This document shows, in pieces, positions 12,301-24,300 of a stretch of 64,000 nucleotides of DNA (its first letter is position 1; the number at the start of each line of letters is the position of its first letter). The stretch comes from Okamejei kenojei (taxonomy: Eukaryota). The notes under the pieces were generated by a model. The model made no database searches. It saw nothing but the letters and a program-made list of their open reading frames with translations, and was not told where the DNA came from. The DNA lies in NCBI GenBank assembly GCA_035221665.1, contig CM069137.1:76942001-77006000 (forward strand). The letters run 5' to 3'. Made by a program: the position numbers and the translations under genes.

Positions 12301-15300
12301 GGTTAACTACTTTGTTAGTTGAACGGATTAGATTCTAGAGCTCATTTATCTATTTTATCCCCATAATCCAACCTCTTATTACAACTGTGAGGTGTGCAGA
12401 AGTTGTTGATTTTCCTGTTTCATTCAATGCCTCGCAGATATACTCTCCTTGATGTTCCTCTTTTTGTACTTTGCTGATTATAAGTGAGTATGTGTCAAAA
12501 TCTTGAAAACATTTGAACTCATTTTTTGAGGAAATTTTCTCTCCATTGATATACCAATTTACAGCTTTAACTTTCTGTATGACTGTGCTAAATATCACTT
12601 GGCTATCTTCATCTGCAGTGGCATCAGTAAGCCCCTTAATAATTATTGGATTGTCTTTAGTAGCCTTGATTAGTATTTCGCTCTGCATTTTCATTTTAGA
12701 AACATGAGTAGCTAAATTGTCCTCCGTTTTCTCCTCTATGTTAAGAATCTTTGTCGGAGGTTCTCTAAGCACAGACATGGAAGGAGTAATACCAATGCAC
12801 ACGGTTTCTAACTTATCAAATGACTTTGGAATTGTACCTAGCTGCTCAGCTATGAAAGCCTGCTGCTGCTCACGAATGATGGAATGAAAAGCTGCTGTCA
12901 GTTCCTTTTGTAAGTCAGCTTTCTTGGGGTATTCCGTGTCACAATTCAGAGTTATATCTATTGGAGGATTTGCATTGGTAATTTGATATGTATGTAAAGT
13001 GTATTTAGGTTCAATTTGAACTTTTAATTCCTTAATTTTTATTTCTCCTATGGAGCTAAATGTAATGGAGGAAATTGCATGATGCTTACTTGCTAAAGCA
13101 GATTTAAGTGCTTCCTTAAACTGTGTACCTATACCTAAAGTGATTGTTTGGGGAATTGTAATCTTAAATGCCAGTTCCTTATGGAGTGCTCCATCTTCTT
13201 GTATTACATGGGATTGTAGCGTTTGATCCGGCTGCTTCTTCAACTTCAGCATTGTTTGTTCTGATCTCTTAATATCCGATGAATGTTCCTCTTCAATAAT
13301 CTGTTTTTCTTGAAGTGGAAATCTTACTGCCTGTTCTTCTTGGATTCTTACGGCAAAATCTTCTTCTGCAGCCTCGAGCATATTGGTACTTTTCATAGAC
13401 ATAGTCTTTTCTTGAACCTGCACAGAAGCTGAAGGTAAGTTTGGTTCATACTTATCCCCACAGGTTTCTACACTAATGCCTTTGAAAATAGCAACAGAAC
13501 CATCTTCCACAATCATGCTGTCTGTTGTAGTGCAGAACTGTTTGATACTGTCATCAGACTTAGTTATCAATGCATGCTGTTCTTTCTCTTCAATTGTAAA
13601 AATGTTCTCTTTGATTTTTTGTACAGGTTGAGTCACAGATGGGAGATACTTTTGAGGAAGAGAATGAGTTTTGGCTTCAGAGTGTAAACTTTCAATTTTC
13701 ATTTCAAGGGATTTAGATTGTTCGTCCAACAGTTCTGTGTTTTCTTCTACAACCACAGCATTGCTGTATGCCGTCTCAAATTTACCTGCTGCAATATGAG
13801 CAGCTGGTTTCACTTGGGGCAGCATACCTTCTTTATGAAAAATACACAGACTTTTTATGTGATGAGAATGTAAAGTGAATACATGTTCTTTTGTTGGTTT
13901 AATTTTTATGCTGTTCTTTACATCAGATAACTGAGTTGTGTATTCATAAGGTAACAGGTGCTGCTCTTCTGCTAGTAATGAATGTAGAGAAGTTGGACTC
14001 TTTCTCAGATCAGCTTTATCTTCTATGGGTACTTCAAAAGTAAAAGAACATTCTTTGGGTAGAGTATCTTGTTCCTTGACAATCTGTGAATGCAAAGATT
14101 CCTTTTCTTCTGTTTTTGATGTCATTGAGATTGCACAATCTAATCCAATTAGTATTTTGGTGTATTCACTTTGAAGTGGTTGTTTCTCTTCTGCATTTAA
14201 AGCAGTTTTCAAAAGTTTATCTTTCATTAATAAAGCTTGTTGTGATCCAGCTTTTTGTACCTTCAAGATAGACTCCTTTAGGGTTGACTTGTGGCTTTCA
14301 GTAACAGATGCCAAGAATGGCTTTGGTAATTCTTTTAATGACTTTGATTCCTTTCCAGCATCCAATGGTTGTATTTCTTCTGTAATTTCATCCCTTATTT
14401 TTTTCTTTTCCATTGATACAGTTGTGCAAACCTCCATTTTGTTTTCTTTTTGGATTTTGCCTTGATGCAATGTGGGAACTTCAAATACAGTCAAAGATTC
14501 TTTAAGGGGTTCTTGAAGTCCTTCAACTTTGTAACTGTGTACAGTGTACCTTGGCTCTGTTTTTGGCATTTCTACAACATTAAGAGTTGTAGATTTGGGG
14601 CTACAAATTACATCTTCTTTCTCTGGCATACCTATTTCCGCAGTCACTGGTTTAAAAGTTGCAATAGGCAATCCTTTAATATTAAAGCTAGCTTCCTTTG
14701 GAATTTCAGTCTTTTCCTCAACTGTGGGTACACAGTTTTTTGATTGTACTTCTGTGCTTGGTACTTTGAATACTGGCACGCCTTTGATCGGTTCATAGTG
14801 TTGCTCAATAAAGCCCAGACTCTCCTGTGTCGCTTGAGAATGCATTATCATCTGTTTCATTCCTGAAATAGTTGTTTCCGTTGCAGAGATGTTTTCCTTG
14901 TTCAAAATGGCCATCTGTTCACTGTGAACAGGCTGTTTTTCTTCAGAGGCTATTGTATATGCCAATTGATCCCTCTCCTGTAATTCGGCCTGAGTATCAC
15001 CAGGTGATTTTACGGTGAATAAACAAAACTCAACGGCTTGATCACGAATGGTCCTTTCATAAAGCTTCTGAACCATTTCTTGCGGTGAATGCTCATCAGC
15101 AAAGGTATCGCTCATCACAATTAGTTCTGCAGTGCAAGTTGCTTCTCCAAATGTGTTAAATGCTTTGCAGGAATAAAAGCCACTATCCTTCTTCTGCATA
15201 TTATGAATAGTTAATGAACCTGAACCATTGGAGTTGTAACTCAAGTTGTATTGCACACCTGGAAAAATCTGGTACTTTCCCTTATACCATAATACCTCTG

Positions 15301-18300
15301 GCATTGGTTCTCCAGTCACTACATACTCAAATTTACCAAGCATCCCTTTTAGACACTGCAAAGATTTAAATTCTTTGAAGAACTGTGGTGCCTCACCCTT
15401 GGATTTGTATTTGTATTCTGCTTGTTGTATTAACACAACTTCTTTCGATAGGGGCTCTTTGTTTATCTTTTTTTCTGGCAGTTTTGCAACTGGAGGTTTT
15501 GCAGCTGATTTCCTAAACCCCCTCATACCTTCCTTTGGTTTGATTTTCAGATATGCACTACATGAAGTTTTCCCAAGCACATTACTAGCTGTACAGGTAT
15601 ATTCTCCCTCATCTGTAAATTTGGTGTAAGCTATAATTAGACTATATTCTGCCCTATCATAAACAAACTTGTGATTTGATGAAGGTATCAATTTTTTGCC
15701 ATTATAAAACCACTGAATAGTGGGTTCTGGGAATCCACTGATAGTGACAGAGAATTTGGCTACATCTTCCACAACTACCTCCATACTAGAAATATGTTTC
15801 ATGAATAGTGGCACAGATTTTAAAGGTTCAGCATTAGTTTTTATGTCCAAAATGTTTGATGAAACTGGAGTTTCAGGCCTGAGTTCAAATGTTTTGTCAG
15901 ACACATGAAGTTCACTTGTGTAGAAATCTTCCCTCTTATCTTCAGCAGCGATGATTACAGGGCTAGAAAATTCTGTATAAGAAATAAGATGGTTAAATTT
16001 AGAAAGCAGGTCGGCTGCAACTATTGCTCAGTACTGGAATGAAACAAAGTACCAGAATTATTAAATTTGTCATTTTTGTGCCTAGCCCCTTCTGCTTCAA
16101 AATGTTACATTTCTAAACAGTCTCCTTTAAATATTTATCATTAATCTAGGTATATAAGTGTGTGATTGTATAAAGAATTTGCTCAGACAATTTAGGAAGT
16201 TTATTTTGCCTAAAGCCAATCTTAATAGCACACTAGAGGTTTTAAGTGAAATTTGCTTTAATTCTATTTATGCATTTATTCAAATTCATAGATTCAAAAT
16301 GTGTGTCCTCCGAGTATTTATTTGTGAATTAAAATATTTAATACATGATCTATATTTCCATATCTTAATTAAAGTTAATGAAAGAGGAACTGTAGGTTGA
16401 GATATGATCGTAGTGGCTGACAACCTGCAAATCCAGACTCACACTCCAAAATAATCATGACAATACGTGTTATTATTATGCAAAAATATACTGCATGCTA
16501 CAAATTTTCAAAAGACTTAGAAATAATTTCTAATATAAGCTTTATTCCATCACTGAAATACATATGTTCAATCAAATTTGATTGTTAGGTCACATTACGA
16601 GAAATCAAGAGATCATATATTCCTACTTTTACCTTGGTAACAGCAAGATTAATACAATAATTTTCACTATCATCAAAACAGCCAAATGCTATTGATAAAT
16701 CTCTGATTTAACATCTCTTAACTAAGCAGCAATGAAATGTTAAAAATTCAGTGGCTCCAAGCTATTGTGTAAAAAAACCCAACAGTTTGCTCTCCAAACA
16801 GGAAGTATGTGGGTATTAGCCTAGAGTGCGATTACATCAACCGTGTTGGCCTCAAATTGCGTACCAATACATAAACATCAGAACACTTAGCTGAGTAATT
16901 TGAGAGGCAGCTGCTACCACCCTGGAACCACAACCCAGTATAAGTTGCTGTCTTAAGGAGAGATGGGATAATCAAAAGAATATATATCTCATATACCAAA
17001 CCAGCTGTATATTTACATGACAGCAGACCAGAAGTTTGTTTACACATTAGTATAACCAGCAAATAAGAAACATATTTAACAGAAACCTGTAGAAGGAATG
17101 AATAATTGCAGCATTAAATGTTTATTTTCATTAAAATACAAACCTTAATTTTTATACTTATCATGCTTTATACCATGTCAAGTGTAGCAGACAAAACAGG
17201 GAAACAACGCATGCTTTCATACAACTAGGTTGACGTACTGAGATCAAAAGAAACATATGTTTTAATATATTCATGCTTATATCATGAATATCTTTTTCTA
17301 TTTTGTAATTTCAATAAATTGACCAAAAATTCAAACCATTAAAACTTGTTCTTTTTAAATATCAAACAATTTAAGCAGTTTTGACGAAAGTTGGCTTCAT
17401 TTTAAAATCAACAATTTAGGAAATAAATATCAAAATGATAAGCAAAAATATGATTGACAAAGATACAGATGCCATTTGATTGTTTGCAAACTCATGAAAG
17501 AGTGCATTTCTGTTTTTACTCATAGGTACTCTAAAAAATTGCTGCAATCTCTGGACCAATAATCCAATGTAAATTTTGATTGCCTGACTAAACCCTCTAG
17601 GACCCCGTAAACTCCATCATGTCATCAAGTGGACTCTCTCCAACACAATATATTGTAAAACACATAAATACAGCAGCAAAAGTACTCTTAAACTAAATCC
17701 TTACATTTCTGATGCTGAACAACCCAAAACTTTGCTAACCTCCAAAAACTAGCCTGAAGCTAACAAATGCAATAAAGTAACAAAACCATTGAATTAACCA
17801 AATTTTAAACATGTAATGTATGACATAATGTGTTCAAATTAACTGCACCACAGAATGACACAATGCGTTTTTTCCAGGATTCCATAACAACAAAAGATAT
17901 CAGAAAGACAAGTTAAAATAGCAGTCACTTTCTCCTGAGTAGGATAGGAAAGTGAAGGATAGCGAAATGCACTGTGTACTTTCTAACTGTAGAGATCTGG
18001 AAATAGATTACTTTCTATTTTTGATAAGAAACATGATGAAAGGTGAAAAGAGACGAGAAAATAATAGATAAAAGTTGATTATTTATAATGTGAATTCAGG
18101 CTTTCAGAGATGTCATTTAAAAGCCGCAGGAAATATGCTTGATAGGCAACTAAAATATTTATTTTTAAGTCATGGATTCCCTGCAAGAACTGTAACATTT
18201 TTTAGATTCTTCTACGCCATTTTTTTGGTTTATCCTCTCTACCCCAATCCCATGGTATTTAAAGAGAACATGCTCACATACCTTAGTTATGAGGACAATT

Positions 18301-21300
18301 TTCCAACATAATATCATTCTGTGGCTGTCAATGGCAATACAAGATAAGTGGTTCACAGGTTTACATGACATTTTAGTTTAGATATTAGACCAGATAAAAT
18401 AAATAGGATTAACTATCCTGTTAAAACAGTGACAGAAAATGTCACATATAATTGTCCAATCCATAAATAATCTGAATTTTAAGTTTTTAAAATTGATATA
18501 CTTTCCACATCATACCTATGTTCAAATCAATCAAAACAGAAATTAGGAAGTGGAATTAATCAGTTTGATCAGCCATTCAACGAGATCAAACTTCCAGTGA
18601 TACTAAAACCTTCTGATAACAGAAACAATCAATATTACATGAAAAATCAACAACTGACAAAGCGCAATTGTCAACTGTAGATAATGATTTCAAACTTCTA
18701 TTAATGTCTGCATGTCTTTCAATATTCACTTTTGAAAGACCTGGTTCCAATTTTACGATTATGCCCCTCATCCTAGACTAGCCATAGTGTCCATCAACCT
18801 CATCAGTTGGCCTTGCTATTTTAAGGTCACAAAGTTATGTGATAGGCGTCGAATTAGGTCATTCGGCCCATCAAGTCTACTCCGCCATTCAATCATGGCT
18901 GATCTATCTTCCCCTCTTAACCGCATTCTCCTGCCTTCTTCCCACAGCTGCTGACACCTGTATTAATCAAGAATCTATCTATCTCTGTCTTTAAAGTATC
19001 CACTGACTTGGCCTCCACAGCCTTTTGTGGCAAAGAATTCCACAAATTCACCACCCTCTGACTAAAGAAATGTCTCTCATCTCCTTCCGAAAAGAACATC
19101 CTTAATTCTGAGGCTATGGCCTCTAGTCCTGGACTCTCCAACTAGTGGAAACATCCTCTCCACATCCATTCTATCCAAGCCTTTCACTATTATGCATATT
19201 TCAATGAGGTCACCCCTCATTCTTCTAAACATTTTTAAATACGCCATGTGTTAAACAAGAAATAGAGAACCATGAACTAGATGGAACTTACTTTCAGTAA
19301 TTTGGGTGAATGGCGTCATATTTTACTCACAACAATAAAGCTATACTGTTTCATCTTTTTTTGTGAATATTTTATCAAATAGGACACTTAAAATTATTGT
19401 ACCGTTAAATTAAAAACTTAAGAAAATTCCTCAGCCCGATGTATTTTTCCTTTAACTTTCCAGCTAAGTGTCCATAAGTTGGTCATTTTCCACAAAAAGG
19501 TATAATAGTCCTCAAGTAAGAATAAACATTCATACATTAATGCACACCTTCGGTTACTCTAAATTTTAACAAAAATATTCACATAGCGTGAATGGAAATA
19601 GTAATAAATGTCAATATTTTAACTAAACTTTCCTTTGAAAACAGCACGTGAATTTTTTAGGAAAGCCCTTGTCTGATGCTGTGGGATGTTTTGTTGAATG
19701 CAAACATATCTTGAAATTAATATCTACTCCTCTTTAAGTTGGGAATAATGGAACTCAATATTAAGTTCCTAAACACACTTCAAGGAGAAACAATGTCATG
19801 GGCCAAATGATAAGGAATTTCAATTAATAGAAATGTTATACATTTATATAACATATTATACGTATGGTTTCAAAAAATTATCATACATATAAGATGAAAC
19901 CTTGGCTGCAATTTATGTAAAAATGTTTTGTGATTCAACAGAACTGATCTTCTGTCACCAGATGTAACATTATCACTGTTTAAAGAGTTCGATCATTAAT
20001 GGATTAGGTGTTCGAGTAAAATCCCTGAAGTTATCAATATTTTTCCATAAACTAGCCTCAAGCATAGCCATACATGTTCATGTTCTTAATCCAAAACATT
20101 CACTATTTTTACACTAGGTATTTTTCAGCTATTATTTCAAACTTTCAAATTAAAGCTTCCCTACCGATTAATCACTCCAGAGTACACCAAGAAGGTTTTT
20201 TTTAAAAACATTTTTCAGCCATATCAAATATAATTCTTAACATTAAGATCAATTTAATTTTCATGCTTGAAAGTAGCATATCCCTAAACATGCCATTTTT
20301 CAAAAATATCTATAAGCATCAAATTTAAATTCTAAATATATAAAGGACACTCTGAAAGATATTATGCACAAAATACTTTTAAAACAGCAACTGTGACTGC
20401 ATTCCCAGCTTTGCTGACAGCTTTACACTTGTAGATTCCAGCATCACTTTCCATAACATTGACAATATTCAAGTAATGTTGACCAGAATCTTTCTCCCCA
20501 ATGCTATAGTTGGTACCTTCAAGTATTCTCTCATTCCGATACCAAATTACAGTAGGTTTTGGAGTACCAGTCACACAGCATTGAAAATATGCTACGTTCC
20601 CCACAGTTGTGTTGCAATCAAGAAGAGAAATCACAAACTTGGGTGGAATCTCTGTCACTTGAAATTCAAATGAACATGTTTCAGAAGCCTCTGCTTTAAA
20701 CTGAACAATTTCATCTTTGGCAGGTTCAGCAAATACATCAAAGTTGATATTCACACATTCCTCACCTCCTTCCTCACTGCCTTTTTCTGTTGCAGCAACA
20801 AGTTTCACTGATTTCTGGGAATCATCTCTACATTGTTCAAATTCAAACTCAACCTCAAATTCTGAACTCTGATTGTCATCCAGCAAAGAATCACCAACAA
20901 CAACATCTAATTCCTGGGAACTTTCTTGAGCACCACCCAGTGATAAAGCAGCTACAGCTTTTCCAGTTGCCATGTATGAGCTTGTTACTGCAAGATAACC
21001 CCTACATGTTGCTTCTCCAACACTATTCACTGATTTGCAACTGTATATGCCATTGTCCGAAGGACGGACATTGGTTATTTTAAGACTATGATTAGAATTA
21101 TCTTTTCTAATGTATTTAATGTCATCTACTGTTATATGTAAATCATCTTTGAACCACATTATTTTTGGAATAGGAATACCTGTCACAGAGCATTCAAATA
21201 CTGCATCTGTGTTTTCTGGAATCTCAAGATCAGAAATATGGCAAATAAATCTTGGGGGCATTTCAGTGACTTCTAAATCAATCTTCACATCTTCATTTTC

Positions 21301-24300
21301 TTTTGATGTTAAGTCTATAGTTTGCTCATCAGGAACCATCATCGGAAGAACATCTAGTGAGATGACCATGTTTTTATTGTCAGGAGAAAATTCAGGAATT
21401 GTAATAATTTTTATCAGTTTTTCAAATTCCTTCACATCATGTTCATCAAGTTCAACTTCCAGAAGAATTTCTTGAGGCGAAGGAGATCTTGATGTTTGTT
21501 CTTGCTGCACATCAAACTCTATGACGTGTTGATGAGTCACGGGTGGTGGCAATGCAACTAACCTTATATCTTGTGCTAAAACATCCACTTGAGCAATACT
21601 TTTGGCTTCACCTACAATGTTTACAGCATTGCAGACATATTCTCCTTCATCTTCTCTTTGCACGCTATGAATCACTAATATACACAAATTTCCTTCCCTT
21701 TCTAGTTTTATTTTGTGATTTGGCTCTAATAACGATTTTCTTCTATACCACTTAACATCTGGAATTGGGCAACCTATTACTTCAGTTATAAGTGTAAGTG
21801 AACCCCCTTCGTGAATCTTTTTTCGGGCAAGGGGTTTAATAAATGCAGGAGGCATTTCATTTCCTTTTGCTTCAGCTTCCTGTGGTGGAGTTGTAAATAT
21901 TTCTGATCTTTGCTCTTCAGCTGTTGGACTTGAACATTCAATAGGTGTTGTTTCAATACCCTCATCTACTGGTGATCTAAAATATTCTGGTGGTGTATAA
22001 AATCTCTCTAGTAAAGTACGAGAAGCATTAAGTGAAGGCAATCTTTCTTCAGGAGTTACATAGCCAGGTGATTGAGGTGGAGTATGAAATGACTCTGCAG
22101 ATACAGCAGATTTGAAATTTTCAGATGCCAATGGCGGTGTATAAAATCTTTCATTTTCTGCTACTTCATCACTAACTGTACTACTAATTTCAAATGACAT
22201 TTCAGATTCAGGGGAAAGGGACCGTGTCCACTCTTCATTTTGATTGTAGTAGTCATAAACAGCAGAAAATGTTACATCTTCAACTTCCATTGAAGTTATT
22301 CCAGACTCATCATGCTGAAATGCATCATTATTTTCCCAATCATGAACTGGTGCCTGCTCCTGCCTTGCAGTAAGGAGGTATTGTGCAATGGAAACATTCT
22401 CACTTGCCTCATCTGTCTTAGAACTTGTTTCTACCGAATCTACACTTACATCGCAATTGTTTTTTTGAAACACTGAATTACTTAACTCCACCTCTGCCTT
22501 ATTTTTTTCTGTTGCCCCTTTCTTACTTTCAACTACTTGCTTAGTATTGTCTTCTGATAATAAACTATCATCATGTATTTCTCCTAAAAATACACACCTA
22601 TCACTTAATTCTGCTTCTTCATCCATCTTCTGAACTTCAGATAGCTTCTGCTTTTTTTCATGACACCGTAAATATTGGCTAATAGAATACATTTCCTCTA
22701 TTGTTTTTTCTGGCATTTTTTGCCCTGTCACACCCGTCTCTCTGGTCATTGTATCAATATATTTATGTGGCAATTCATCAGCATACGAAGTCAGTGATTC
22801 TGTGATTATTTTATTATTTTTCTGTCTTAAAGGTGAACTGTTACTTAAAAATTCATTATCAAAAGAACTCAATGAATCTAAAGCAACTTCACTACGCTCT
22901 TCCTTTAAAGATGAATCTTTACTTGAAAATCCAGCTGCAGTGGGTGGAACAAAAACACCACCTTCAGAAATAACATGAATTGGGGGGTTTTCTACACTAC
23001 ATGGAAGAGACGTATTTCCTTTCTGACATTGCTGTTCAATATCTTCACCCTGGTCCATTTTATTTAGATTATGTAAAAAACAGCTAACAGGTGATTGTGT
23101 TTCTTCATCAGAAGACTCATTATTCTTCAAATGGTAAATGAAACTGTGCACTACAGGTTCTATTATGAGATCAGATGTACTCTGTGCTTCCCCAACTTTA
23201 TTTTTTGCAATACATTTATACTTTCCTGCATCAGATTCTGAAACACCATTAATATATAATCTAAAAGTTCCCCCACTCCCTTCAAATTGGTACTTGCTCA
23301 TATCATAAGGTAAAGCTCTGTCATTTTGAATCCATGTAACAAAAGGTTTGGGCTCACCAGAAATTAGACATTTAAACATCACTGTTTCTCCTTCGGTACA
23401 ACAAATCTTATCTAACTCTTTTACAATACGTGGAGGCTCACAAATTACATCAAAAGAAAATTTAAATTTATGTTTTGTTGATTGTGAAGAGGATTCGTCA
23501 GATGAATCCATGGAAGCAACCGCGTCCATCTGAAATAATTCTCTCCTTTCTTCATCGTGCTCTGGTGTTGGAGTTGGAGCAGTTATTTTTATTTCAACAG
23601 GAGAAGAAAGGGTAGATAAACTTAATGGACGTGGTTTGGGTGCTGCAATACTCGGTATTTGCAGGGTGGATTTTATTACAGGAACTGGTGGAAAATAAGA
23701 CTCAACTTCCTTTTCAACCTGGTGGTCTTGATCATCTTCCAGTGTTTCTGTCACATGTATATTAAATGTTTTCAAAGATTCTTCAAGCAGCCCAGGGTCT
23801 GGAAAATAAAATGAAGAATTCAGATTTTCAATTATCTTCTTACAACATTTTTTTAAAAAAGATAATTATAAAACTAAAGTATGATGAATTTTACCTTGTA
23901 CTGTAAGGACGCAGGATGTTGCTGCAGTACCATGTTGGTTGAATATTACACATGCATAAACTCCTTCATGTTCTTGGCATATGCAGTTAATACTCAATGA
24001 GGATTTATTTTCTGTGGAGTAAATATCATAATCCCTGTTCTGTGGAATTGGATGTTCATCCTTGTACCAAGTTACCATAGGTTGTGGATGTCCATGAAAT
24101 TGACATTCAAGGACACAGGTGGCTCCTTGTTTAATTTTAGGAGATGTAATATGGTGAAAAAATACTGGAGGACAATGTTTGTTTAGGTTAACGGAAGGAG
24201 CCCCTGCTTTTGAAGATTCATTACTAGCTTTATATTTATAATGATGGTCTTCTGCTGGAGTCTCTTTTATTAATGAACTGAATAAATCCAAAGTCTGTGT

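Noticed and set aside
12350-12372. N2B read-through terminus GWIMGIK-stop as an alternative C-terminus
   Set aside because: Every exon's ORF runs into its intron, and there is no independent evidence for termination here.
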